In this document: piece by piece, positions 34,388 through 42,944 of the stretch
Numbering within the stretch: the first letter of the stretch is position 1
Layout: each line of letters begins with the position of its first letter
Source of the DNA: Escherichia phage vB_VIPECOTH07
Sequence record: PQ417132.1
Reading direction: 5' to 3' (one strand)
DNA length: 44,205 bases
Program-made: the position numbers and the translations under genes
The notes under the pieces: generated by a model
What the model was told of the DNA's origin: nothing
Databases searched by the model: none
The model's input: the letters and a program-made list of their open reading frames with translations, nothing else

Positions 34388-34779
34388 TTCACCTTGTTGG
34401 CTTCTTCGTTAATGAGTTGCTGGAAGCGGGACACGTTAGTCCTGACCACCCCGGCGGGTGCCTGTTGCGACCAGCCATACTCCAGCCGTTGTGCATACGG
34501 CAGGTTATTTGTCAGCGTGAACTCGTGCCAGTCTGCGGCTTTCAGTACGAAACTCGTAGCGTTTCCGGTTGCCGTGTTTCCTGATTTATCCGTAGCGTCT
34601 GTAATACCGGAAGCAGGAGTACCGCCAGATGCCATCCAGTTCATACGAAAGCGACCCGTATCTACCGGACTCGCCTTTATAATAGCGGAAAACAGCTTGA
34701 TAGACACCTGGCGCATCACCGTCTCAGGGTTCTTCTTCGCCTTTTCCACGAACTTAGAGACATCGAGCGCGAAACTCAT
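34384..34779 (-). CDS. HK97 gp10-like head-tail joining protein
   Basis: PVDTGRFRMNW resembles the gp10-family signature. Confidence 0.45.
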   Translation of the reverse strand: MSFALDVSKFVEKAKKNPETVMRQVSIKLFSAIIKASPVDTGRFRMNWMASGGTPASGITDATDKSGNTATGNATSFVLKAADWHEFTLTNNLPYAQRLEYGWSQQAPAGVVRTNVSRFQQLINEEANKVK

Positions 34780-35135
34780 TTTCTCACCTGAATAAAGTAG
34801 GCCACGACATCATCATTAACCATCTTCTTCTCAATGGTTACTACGGACCATTGCTCTCCGCCGAATTGAACCTTGTCTTCCATCTTCGGTACGACACTGT
34901 AATCGGCTTTAACAATCATGTCGCCGGCCTGAATCGTCGTACCATTTACCAGTCCCGCGTTTACCGGAACCGGAACGGCCTTCAACGGCAACACTTCATC
35001 GTCAGACCATACGTACTCGCCGAGGGCTTCATCCCACACTTTCGAGCCAGCGCGAATCAGCGACACCGTGCTGCCGAATTTGGTTAGCAGGCGCGTACCC
35101 ACGCCTTGCATACGCTTACTGAAAGCGGTGCTCAT
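34776..35135 (-). CDS. head-tail joining protein (by position)
   Basis: ORF track 34776..35189; ATG at 35135 overlaps upstream stop (TGATG). Confidence 0.35.
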   Translation of the reverse strand: MSTAFSKRMQGVGTRLLTKFGSTVSLIRAGSKVWDEALGEYVWSDDEVLPLKAVPVPVNAGLVNGTTIQAGDMIVKADYSVVPKMEDKVQFGGEQWSVVTIEKKMVNDDVVAYFIQVRK

Positions 35136-35749
35136 CAGGCGGCCTCCAGTCTTGAGATAACCAGTAGCGCGGATGGTGCTGTGCCCCATGCGGTCACGGT
35201 AGCCGCTTGCGGGTATACGCCGCCGTAGTTGCTTCCGGAGCTATCTCGCATAATCTGAACGGCAAACGTCTGGCCTGCGGTCGGGTTAATAACGACGCGA
35301 GATTCAATCGGGATTGTTACGTCGGCGCTTACCAGTTTCGTGGCGGCTGGAGAGCCATACTGCGCACCGTTTACTAAAATACGTGATAGCAGGATTGACG
35401 TACCACTTGCCCCTGTTCGCCCCGCCTGCAACTTGATGCGAACGGCATAGTTTCCGGGGGTGTTGAACGTAACCAGCCCTGCGGCATTAATCATTACCGG
35501 GTCTGACGCGCTACCCTGCGCGGAGCCGAAAGTTAACTGCAACGCCGTATTTACCGCGGTTGGCGCTTGTATTACAGTAGACGCGGCGCGGAGAACTTCA
35601 ACCTCTTTAACACCAGGAGTGGCGTAAATAGGCGAGTCAGCCATCTGCGTCATCACCTCGCGCAACGCTGCGGGGGTAATAAGTCCAGTGGTGTTATCGG
35701 GTAGATTTGCACCGATAAGGGTAAACATCTCTGTTTTAGTCTTCGCCAT
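35135..35749 (-). CDS. structural protein, unknown role
   Basis: 204 aa, Ala/Thr/Gly-rich, within the structural operon. Confidence 0.35.
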   Translation of the reverse strand: MAKTKTEMFTLIGANLPDNTTGLITPAALREVMTQMADSPIYATPGVKEVEVLRAASTVIQAPTAVNTALQLTFGSAQGSASDPVMINAAGLVTFNTPGNYAVRIKLQAGRTGASGTSILLSRILVNGAQYGSPAATKLVSADVTIPIESRVVINPTAGQTFAVQIMRDSSGSNYGGVYPQAATVTAWGTAPSALLVISRLEAA

Positions 35750-35751
35750 TT

Positions 35752-36264
35752 TTAGCCCCGGTACACGTTAAACGAGAAGCCATTGTTAAGACCGCCACAC
35801 AGTAACGGGCGTAAGGCGTCGTCCGCAGCGGTAATAGAAGTTGTAGCGCCACTGTTGCCGTTGTTGAAGTAGGTCACTGTCACTGCGCCTTCTACGCGCT
35901 CAGTCTGCACGGAGCGCCCATCAGAGTTAGCCCGCACCTCAGTACCGGAGCCATACGTAACGGCGGCGATTACCTGCGCAAGAATCACCTGCTTCGGGAT
36001 GGCATTGTTCGATACAGGGAACCCGTTTAACGTTACACCAGCGCGAGGATACGCCAGGGACTGTTCAGCAGATACACGACGACCGCACATCTGCGGTTCT
36101 GCAAGCCCGACATAAGTAGCACCGTTGCGCAGAGCCACCTCTGCGGCGGTATCGTCTGCGGGTAGCTCCAGACCATAATTAGCCGCTAACGCGCGGGCGT
36201 CAGCCAGACTAATGTAACTGTCGGCATTCGGGACGATTGCCCCCGTTTCCACGATTAGCGGCAT
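35752..36264 (-). CDS. head-tail connector / adaptor (gp6-like, tentative)
   Basis: N-terminal SYISLADARALAANYGLEL pattern recalls gp6-type connectors; ATG 36264 with GAGGAA upstream. Confidence 0.35.
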   Translation of the reverse strand: MPLIVETGAIVPNADSYISLADARALAANYGLELPADDTAAEVALRNGATYVGLAEPQMCGRRVSAEQSLAYPRAGVTLNGFPVSNNAIPKQVILAQVIAAVTYGSGTEVRANSDGRSVQTERVEGAVTVTYFNNGNSGATTSITAADDALRPLLCGGLNNGFSFNVYRG

Positions 36265-36268
36265 AAAT

Positions 36269-36447
36269 TATTCCTCTGACTTACGGCGGCGACGCTTAGT
36301 GCCACCGCCGTTGTTGTGCGCTTCTTCGTTGTCTGGTTGAGTAGCGACCAGTTCATCCGCTTCTACCACACCGCGAACAGGCATCACCTGACCGTCAACA
36401 ACATCAACGTGGGTGTACTTTTCGCGGATTACATAATTATCTGCCAT
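36269..36447 (-). CDS. hypothetical small protein (~59 aa)
   Basis: Hand-translated MADNYVIREKYTHVDVVDGQVMPVRGVVEADELVATQPDNEEAHNNGGGTKRRRRKSEE. Confidence 0.3.
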
Positions 36448-36483
36448 GACCTTTCCTTATTACGGCCCCGAAGGGCCGTTGTA

Positions 36484-36828
36484 TTAAGACACAGTTGCTA
36501 CGGTGCTGCTAGAAATAATATTACCATAGGCATCGTGAACAACCACTTTATACGTGCCAGAATCGACAGACGCGACAGTGGTGGCTTTGGTGTATGTGGC
36601 TGCAGTAGCGCCCGCAATAGCGTTGTTGTTCTTGTACCACTGGTAGGAGTAAGGTGTCATCCCGCCGGTTGCCTCAACGGTAAGAGTCAATGCGGCGGGA
36701 GCACTAACAGCGGTAGTCGCCCCGAGTGGTGTGGAAAAAGATGCAGGGGCAATATTTGCCATATCGATTTTAGCGCCTACGGTATCGGCAGAGACACCAG
36801 TAATGCGACGTTTGATTACATCAACCAT
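36484..36828 (-). CDS. Ig-like domain structural protein (decoration candidate)
   Basis: TPYSYQWYKNNNAIAGATAATYTKATTVASVDSGTYKVVVHDAYGN has the Y-x-W-Y-K...D-S-G-x-Y pattern of phage Ig-like domains. Confidence 0.5.
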   Translation of the reverse strand: MVDVIKRRITGVSADTVGAKIDMANIAPASFSTPLGATTAVSAPAALTLTVEATGGMTPYSYQWYKNNNAIAGATAATYTKATTVASVDSGTYKVVVHDAYGNIISSSTVATVS

Positions 36829-36840
36829 TTTTAAGCTACT

Positions 36841-37140
36841 TTAGCTTACAGTTCCTGCGTTTTTAAGCGCAGTCAACAGATTTGCTACGGTAGTGCGCAG
36901 CGCGGTAACATCAGTTCGGAGTTTGTTGTACTCCGCTACAAGGGCATCGAACTCGACTTTAGTCGGTTCAGCAGCGGACTGCACCCCGGCTGCGGCGGTA
37001 ATGGTCGCAGGTGCAGCTACGGTAGCTGACTTTTTAACCCCACCAACTACGCTGGTAGTAGCAGGCGTGACGGGGATATCCAGGTCGCTAAAGTCAACGT
37101 TCTTAAGGCTGCGAGGCAAGCCTTTTCCGTTCTTAGCCAT
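36841..37140 (-). CDS. hypothetical structural protein (99 aa)
   Basis: ATG 37140 with AGAGGT upstream; between capsid and Ig-like genes. Confidence 0.4.
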   Translation of the reverse strand: MAKNGKGLPRSLKNVDFSDLDIPVTPATTSVVGGVKKSATVAAPATITAAAGVQSAAEPTKVEFDALVAEYNKLRTDVTALRTTVANLLTALKNAGTVS

Positions 37141-37199
37141 AATTTACCTCTTAGTAAATGAAAAGAGGGACCGAAGTCCCTCTCGATTATATATTAACC

Positions 37200-38249
37200 T
37201 TAAGCCCCGACACCAGTTACCAGGAAGGCAATCGGTACATGCTTACGCTCAACCACACGGTTCCAGTTGGAGGCGTTCGCCAGGTCCTGCCAGGAAGCAG
37301 AGCGGGCGATAGTCTCAGTACCATTGCCGGTGATTACCGCGCTGGTGAAGCTGTAGCCCAGTGGGTGCAGCAACCAGGTCTTACGGGTCCACAGGGTTTC
37401 GACGCCACCACCGTTACCGCGAGACGCTTCGCGCTCGTATTCCAGCGGGTTGGACGGAGAACCTTCACCGTAACCGATAGCGCCGTTGCCGAAGATGATG
37501 GAGATGAACTTACGGCTGCCGCCAGTACCAACTACGGTCATGCTGTCGTCAACAATCACGCGGTATCCCTGGTAGGTGGCGAACAAGGTGTCGTTGTCGG
37601 CGTCTTTGATGAAGTCGATAAGCTGCTGCTTACGTGCCTGCGCATAAACGAAGCTGTGCATCGCGATAGCACCCAACACTTCACCGCCGTTACCCATCAG
37701 CGCATCACCCATAGTCTGGGTAGCGTCGATGAACGCACCTGCGTCGAAGCCCAGAGTAGCGGACACGTCGATAACCATGTCATTCTGCGTATGGTAGGCA
37801 TCGGTAGCGGCTACGTTGTCGTTGTACAGACCAAGCGCAGTAGCAATCAGACGGCGTTGTGCCTGACGCTGCCAGAAGTTATCCAGGCGAGAAGCTACGG
37901 ATTGCAGCGGGTTCTGGCTGGTAAGTTCTACAGTCAGGTCCGCCTGACCGAAACCCTCGTTCAGGTACGCCACGCGCGCCATCATCTCACCGGTCTGCAC
38001 ATTACGCGGAGTAGCGATGTCCTGGTATACGTCGTTCGAGTGGTTAGGCTCGATAGAAGTATCAATCGCTTTCCAGAAAGGAATATTAGCGATGTTGGAC
38101 GGGCCGCGGGCAATCTCGGCAGCGTATGGGGTCGGGGTCAGAATACCAGACTGGAAGAACGCGGTTTTTTCTACCGGGTCCTCGGTCATATAAGACGCCA
38201 GGACCGGGATGTTGCCAGTTACGATATCGCCGATAGTGGTAATTGCCAT
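37200..38249 (-). CDS. major capsid protein (putative)
   Basis: 349 aa, directly after scaffold gene, strong RBS GAGGAA 6 nt before ATG 38249. Confidence 0.7.
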   Translation of the reverse strand: MAITTIGDIVTGNIPVLASYMTEDPVEKTAFFQSGILTPTPYAAEIARGPSNIANIPFWKAIDTSIEPNHSNDVYQDIATPRNVQTGEMMARVAYLNEGFGQADLTVELTSQNPLQSVASRLDNFWQRQAQRRLIATALGLYNDNVAATDAYHTQNDMVIDVSATLGFDAGAFIDATQTMGDALMGNGGEVLGAIAMHSFVYAQARKQQLIDFIKDADNDTLFATYQGYRVIVDDSMTVVGTGGSRKFISIIFGNGAIGYGEGSPSNPLEYEREASRGNGGGVETLWTRKTWLLHPLGYSFTSAVITGNGTETIARSASWQDLANASNWNRVVERKHVPIAFLVTGVGA

Positions 38250-38251
38250 TA

Positions 38252-38956
38252 TTATTTCCTCAGGGCTTTAAGTTGCCGTTCAAATTCGGCAGGGTTCGAT
38301 TTATACAGAGCTAAACGCTCCGCTTCGCTCATGTCTTTAAACGCTGGTGCGGCCCCGCCGCCTTTGCTACCGGAAGCCCCGCCGCCGGAAGCTGCATTTG
38401 CTTTGATCAAATGCGAAAACGCTTTGTGTTCGCGCAGGTATTTGCGGAACTGTTCCGGGTCAGTCGTGATTACGTTGCCATCTGCACCGACAAACTTAGT
38501 AACCACGTCATCGCCTTCAAACTCAGTCTTAACGAACGGTGCGAGAATGTCTACTGCTTCCGGAGTAATAAAGTCACCCGCGAAAGAGCCTAACACCGCC
38601 TTGCGTTCGCTACCGAGGATGCGCTCAGCCATTTTGGTGATGCGACCATCTTTCTCAGCTAACACCGGGTCATACTGGCTACGAATCGTTTTTTCAAACT
38701 CGTCCATCTTACCGGCGGCTTTTAACGCCTCCTGGTGTGCGCGCTGCCGTTCTTCTTCGGCCTCTTTCGCTTTACGGGCGGCTTCTTTCTTCTCCGCAAG
38801 CAATGCTTCCTGATTGGCCTTAAGCCCGGCAACTTCTTTCTCAATCAGCGCCTGAACTTCTTCGGCTGTGAACATTTTCGGCGCGTCACCGCCACCTGCT
38901 GGTTTAAGGTCATCTGGTGCTTCGTCTTGAAGCGGATAACGTAAAAAACGATTCAT
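38252..38956 (-). CDS. scaffolding protein (putative)
   Basis: Charged coiled-coil composition (LAEKKEAARKAKEAEEERQRAHQEALKAAGK), immediately upstream of capsid gene. ATG at 38956 (track 39010, TTG). Confidence 0.55.
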   Translation of the reverse strand: MNRFLRYPLQDEAPDDLKPAGGGDAPKMFTAEEVQALIEKEVAGLKANQEALLAEKKEAARKAKEAEEERQRAHQEALKAAGKMDEFEKTIRSQYDPVLAEKDGRITKMAERILGSERKAVLGSFAGDFITPEAVDILAPFVKTEFEGDDVVTKFVGADGNVITTDPEQFRKYLREHKAFSHLIKANAASGGGASGSKGGGAAPAFKDMSEAERLALYKSNPAEFERQLKALRK

Positions 38957-39038
38957 AGTCAGTATGTCCCCTGGACGTTGGAACCCGGGCCACCCGGATT
39001 TACATGTCAAGAATAAATTATTCCAACATGCAAGGCAA

Positions 39039-39302
39039 CTATTCCAGAATATTCCTCACGTAATCCTGCAACATGAACACTTTCAGCCTCAGTTGCCGTA
39101 CGCATTCGGCGTTCTGAACGTCGATAGCCAAATCCTCGTCAGCGTCTCTACTTGGCGGTGCCAGTTTGCACGGCGGCTGCATCATCGTCGTATCCGGGGA
39201 TGGAATTGGCGTTTGCGACGGCGCGGGACTTGAGCTGCACGCGCTCAGGGTCAAAAGTGCACACGCTGCGACCAGGCGTTTTAATGTACTTAACGACTTC
39301 AC
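39039..39302 (-). CDS. o-spanin (Rz1-like outer-membrane lipoprotein)
   Basis: Signal peptide with lipobox LLTLSAC, Pro-rich mature part; GTG start with SD GAGGTGA; begins inside the Rz frame (+1) and extends past its stop. Confidence 0.7.
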   Translation of the reverse strand: MKSLSTLKRLVAACALLTLSACSSSPAPSQTPIPSPDTTMMQPPCKLAPPSRDADEDLAIDVQNAECVRQLRLKVFMLQDYVRNILE

Positions 39303-39534
39303 GGGTAATCACCTCTGATTTCGTCTTGCCTTCGTTGTCAGCGGCTGCGGCCTTCGATTCGTCCTGCTGCTGCCGTTGTGTTTTCTTCGCCAACTCAGCC
39401 TGTGCTTTCTGCTGTTGCTGCGAAACGATATTCGCCCGGCCTTCGTTCCAGCCGCTGCGGTACTGGTAGATGCCGTGTGCGTAAGCCAGGATGACGAAAC
39501 ATGCTCCTGCTACGACAGTTGCTTTAAGATTCAT
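39148..39534 (-). CDS. i-spanin (Rz-like)
   Basis: N-terminal TM KATVVAGACFVILAYAHGIY followed by charged coiled-coil region QQQKAQAELAKKTQRQQQDE; ATG 39534 with AAGGAG upstream. Confidence 0.7.
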   Translation of the reverse strand: MNLKATVVAGACFVILAYAHGIYQYRSGWNEGRANIVSQQQQKAQAELAKKTQRQQQDESKAAAADNEGKTKSEVITREVVKYIKTPGRSVCTFDPERVQLKSRAVANANSIPGYDDDAAAVQTGTAK

Positions 39535-39785
39535 GTTTCTCCTTTCTCGATAAGTAAAGCCCCGCTTTAAGGCGGGGCGCTAGTCCTTATCATTTAAACA
39601 TAGAAACGGCGTAATCTCAGTAAACCCGTTACTTTTTACACGAGCAATAGAGTATGGCCCTTCCGAACGCGTCAGCGTAACTACACTCATGACTTACGTC
39701 CCGCTCCGTTACCTGCCCGCGCCGCGGTCGCTTGTTCATACTTCACAAGCTCAGGTGGAGCTTAGCACATTTTTAGTGAAAAGTC

Positions 39786-39801
39786 AACTATTCGAATAGT
39801 T
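39786..39801. repeat. perfect 16-bp palindrome AACTATTCGAATAGTT
   Basis: Read directly; carries the same GAATAG / CTATTC half-sites as the promoter dyads but everted and with a 2-bp centre. Confidence 0.8.
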
Positions 39802-39851
39802 TATTCCTACATTTACAATTTGGTGGAATAACTGGAATAATCACAGGCATT

Positions 39852-39876
39852 AAAAAGCCCCTTTCGGGGCCTAAGT
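39852..39876 (-). terminator. rho-independent terminator
   Basis: GCCCC-tttc-GGGGC hairpin followed on minus strand by TTTTTAAT, directly after stop of gene 39877..40338. Confidence 0.65.
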
Positions 39877-40338
39877 TTATTCTGGCTTAGTGACCTTCGC
39901 CGCTTTGCTGACAGCCTCTACACCATCGGCATCAGTAACTTTAACGAAGTATTCCCCAACAGAATTAACCGTCAGAGACAAAGCCTCTTCCGGGGCGTTA
40001 ACCACTTCCTTCCCGTCTTTGTACCAGGTCAGCGCATATGGTGCTTTGCCCGCCTTAACTTCGACAGCGATATTTGCGCTGCCGTCTGCCAGTTCAGCGT
40101 CCTGCGGTTGTACGGAGAAATACACATCACCAGCATCCGCCAGGTACTGAATCTCATAAAGCATGCCCGCCGCCGGTAGCGCAATACCGGTTTTATCTGC
40201 AAACGGCATATCGTCTACGGGCGCGCCCAGTACACTTTCATCTTCAATAAATACCACGTTCTCGCCGGAGCCAGGCACACGGGCGTACTGGACTACGCGA
40301 CGCGACGGTACATCAGTTACTTTGAAAAAGCCCATCAT
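39877..40338 (-). CDS. structural protein with C-terminal Ig-like domain
   Basis: C-terminus YALTWYKDGKEVVNAPEEALSLTVNSVGEYFVKVTDADG has the Ig-like pattern; ATG overlaps stop of head morphogenesis gene. Confidence 0.45.
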   Translation of the reverse strand: MMGFFKVTDVPSRRVVQYARVPGSGENVVFIEDESVLGAPVDDMPFADKTGIALPAAGMLYEIQYLADAGDVYFSVQPQDAELADGSANIAVEVKAGKAPYALTWYKDGKEVVNAPEEALSLTVNSVGEYFVKVTDADGVEAVSKAAKVTKPE

Positions 40339-41414
40339 TATTCCCCTTTCAGATAATCAGCAACACGTTTATCGAGTTCCGCCATCTGCTTAAGCGTGAG
40401 CGGATTCCCGAAACCATCTACAGATATTACGCGAAACTCTTCCGGCGATATACCGCTGTTACGGAAAATCTTACCCCGCACCGGGCCTAGAGCCTGGTCC
40501 TGAAACCATGCCGGTTGTTGTTTCAGGAACTCGTAGTAAGTGGTGTCTGCGCTTACCTGAGTACCTCCGTCCGCACCCTTAGCCGCGCGTTTTGCGCCTT
40601 TATCCAGGAAGTCGAACTCCGAACTGATTACCGGAGCCGTGCACGACCGGCAGTTCGGATGGGCGGGGGGCATCGGCCCTTTACCGATTTCCCACGTCAT
40701 CCCATCTCTGGCCTTGCAAACGGCTGAGGTCCTAGAATCAAGAGTAGACACCCACTCATATTTCTCGATAATGTCGTCGTTCTGGCGGTACGTCTCATTA
40801 CGGGCTTCGTTGGACACGTGGGACAGCGCGGTGCGGATTACTGTAGCAGCGTGTTTCTCTGATACGTCAGCCAGGCCGCCTTTACCAACTACTTCTTTAA
40901 CAATCTGCCGTGTGGTTTGGCCTTGCACAAAGCCCATCTTAACGCCAGTTACAAGGCGCGCGACCTCCGCTTCACCCCAGCCTGACATCAGCTTGGTGAA
41001 GTCAACGGGCTTGTCGCTCAACGATAAGGGTTGAAACTCAGCAGCAGCCCATACCTGCTCAGCGGTAGGTGTAACAAATTCCGCGTCTACATTGGCGGTC
41101 AGTGTCTTTGCGTTCCACTCAGCCTCATACGCCGCCAGTTCCTTAAGGTCTTCTGTCAGCTTTGTTTGCCAGTCACCCGTAATACCCGCCAGTGCGTCTT
41201 CGAGGTCGCGTAACAATTTATTCAGTCGCGCGGTGCTTCGCCCGTCGTCACCAAATAACAGCACCTGCCGTTTGATTTCGTCACGCATTTCCTTGATGAA
41301 CGGTGCGAGGTCTTTCACTTCACCGGCTGCGGCGCGTTGCAGCCATATCTGATGGCTGATTAGAGATGTAAGTAAGCTCATAGATAAACCCTGTGGCGCT
41401 AAAGTTAATAGCAT
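40338..41414 (-). CDS. head morphogenesis protein (SPP1 gp7 / Mu F-like)
   Basis: PAHPNCRSC resembles the conserved HPNCRC signature of the Mu F family; sits right after portal. Alternative ATG at 41381. Confidence 0.6.
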   Translation of the reverse strand: MLLTLAPQGLSMSLLTSLISHQIWLQRAAAGEVKDLAPFIKEMRDEIKRQVLLFGDDGRSTARLNKLLRDLEDALAGITGDWQTKLTEDLKELAAYEAEWNAKTLTANVDAEFVTPTAEQVWAAAEFQPLSLSDKPVDFTKLMSGWGEAEVARLVTGVKMGFVQGQTTRQIVKEVVGKGGLADVSEKHAATVIRTALSHVSNEARNETYRQNDDIIEKYEWVSTLDSRTSAVCKARDGMTWEIGKGPMPPAHPNCRSCTAPVISSEFDFLDKGAKRAAKGADGGTQVSADTTYYEFLKQQPAWFQDQALGPVRGKIFRNSGISPEEFRVISVDGFGNPLTLKQMAELDKRVADYLKGE

Positions 41415-41420
41415 ACTATA

Positions 41421-41448
41421 AGAAAGCCCCTTTCGGGGCTATAGATGA
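41421..41448 (-). terminator. hairpin terminator / attenuator
   Basis: AGCCCC-tttc-GGGGCT followed on minus strand by TTCTTAT; between portal and head morphogenesis genes. Confidence 0.4.
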
Positions 41449-41450
41449 AC

Positions 41451-42932
41451 TTACTGCTGAATGGCGTCTTGTTGCTGCGCGGACTGCGGAATTTCTCCTG
41501 CTACCTGAGCAACCGCACCCAACGGCAGCGGTGCGTCCTCAATAGCGTTCTGAATGTCCTCATCGGTCCAGTCGGTTACGCCAGCCTTACGCAACGCTGC
41601 GTAGTAAGCAGTAGCTGGTAGCAGGCCTGCGTTAATGTCCGCCATCCACTGAGCGCGGTCCTGAGCTGTCATCGGTTGTAGGAAGAACTCCATGTTCAGC
41701 TTGAATTCAATCTCTGTGTCTTCGCGCAACCCTAGCATCGCCGCTACCCAGCGCAATGCATCGGTATACGCCATACTTACGTTACGTGCGATTGTCGCCA
41801 TAACAGACGTATCCGCGCCACGTTGCAGGCGAGCGGATTCGGCGGTGATTTGCTGCGTCGGGGTGATAAGCTGCGCGCCAATCTGAATGGCCTGATTCTC
41901 TTTATCCAGCATATTCTGTTTGGCGAGGTTGTTCTCTCCTGCCTGAACAAGAAATGCATTGCCGCCGTAACCTATGTTATGACCCGAACGCGACCCCATG
42001 CGCACGCCGTGAGGGTTGGCTTCTTTCCACTGTTCCATGCTCATGTTCTCGCCAGGGGCGATGAACAGAGTAGGCTGGCCTACAACGAAGCTGGATTCCT
42101 CGTTGTCCGCGCTGTTGCGGAAATGCCCGATATTAAGCTCAGCTAACGGCAGCAAAGGGGCGTCGTCGATGGTCGCATCGTTGTTGCTTGCCCCGATGAA
42201 CGTGAACGGGATTTTGCCGCGTAACTGTTCGCCGAGTTCCGGGAAGATTTCGATTACGTCGCCCTGAGCGCCACCTTCGGAATCGAAGCGGTAAATGCGC
42301 TGGCGGTAGCGCCCGTCAATCAAATCGAGAACACGGTACTGCTCACCGAACTTTGTTTCGAACTCTGCTCCCGGTTCAGAGTATTCCCATACCTCACGCA
42401 GCACGACCATCGTTACGCGGTTCACTGAACCGACGCGAGTCAATCGCCAGTTGATGATGTTCTCTGCGGTGTAGAATGCGATGACCGGGTTTAATAATCC
42501 TGCGTTCTGCTCTGCTGCCGTTGCCGCAGCTGTCTCCGGGGCGTCCACCAGCAACCCGCCACGGCCCACTGAGTCAATCTCCATCAAAGTGTCCTGCGCG
42601 TGCTGCCACAGCCCGACACCGGAGCCGTCGGCATTACGTAACAGGTACTCAAGCTCAGGCGGAATAATTTGTTCGGGGTCTTTGCGCATGACGCTACCAA
42701 CCATCCCCGCCAGGGTACGTTTAGTGAAGTTGTAGCAGATAGCGCCATTCTCGTATTCTTCCTGGCGCTGTGCTGCGTAGGTCGGGTCAGGCTCGTTCTT
42801 CCCGACGTTGCGCAGGTAGCGAATAAGGTCGCCTTCCAGCGCGTGGCGTACCTTCTGCCATTTATTGAAGTGATGCAGCCATTCCCGGTGTTTAGTCTTA
42901 ACACCCTGATTCTGACCGTTCATAGTTAACAT
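41451..42932 (-). CDS. portal protein (putative)
   Basis: 493 aa, directly downstream of large terminase, Gln/Ala-rich C-terminus; assignment by synteny and size. Confidence 0.65.
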   Translation of the reverse strand: MLTMNGQNQGVKTKHREWLHHFNKWQKVRHALEGDLIRYLRNVGKNEPDPTYAAQRQEEYENGAICYNFTKRTLAGMVGSVMRKDPEQIIPPELEYLLRNADGSGVGLWQHAQDTLMEIDSVGRGGLLVDAPETAAATAAEQNAGLLNPVIAFYTAENIINWRLTRVGSVNRVTMVVLREVWEYSEPGAEFETKFGEQYRVLDLIDGRYRQRIYRFDSEGGAQGDVIEIFPELGEQLRGKIPFTFIGASNNDATIDDAPLLPLAELNIGHFRNSADNEESSFVVGQPTLFIAPGENMSMEQWKEANPHGVRMGSRSGHNIGYGGNAFLVQAGENNLAKQNMLDKENQAIQIGAQLITPTQQITAESARLQRGADTSVMATIARNVSMAYTDALRWVAAMLGLREDTEIEFKLNMEFFLQPMTAQDRAQWMADINAGLLPATAYYAALRKAGVTDWTDEDIQNAIEDAPLPLGAVAQVAGEIPQSAQQQDAIQQ

Positions 42933-42944
42933 TGAATAATCCTC

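Noticed and set aside
37158-38813. 551-aa plus-strand ORF antisense to the major capsid and scaffold genes
   Set aside because: Lies entirely opposite two well-supported structural genes, has low-complexity Ser/Arg/Ala-rich composition typical of a mirror frame, and no convincing RBS; long antisense ORFs like this are common in GC-balanced coding DNA.
39786-39801. Possible tRNA T-arm (TTCGAAT) in the palindrome
   Set aside because: Contains the T-loop-like heptamer, but the stem would leave a 6-nt loop and no matching acceptor stem or anticodon arm lies in the 80 nt upstream; more likely a protein-binding palindrome.
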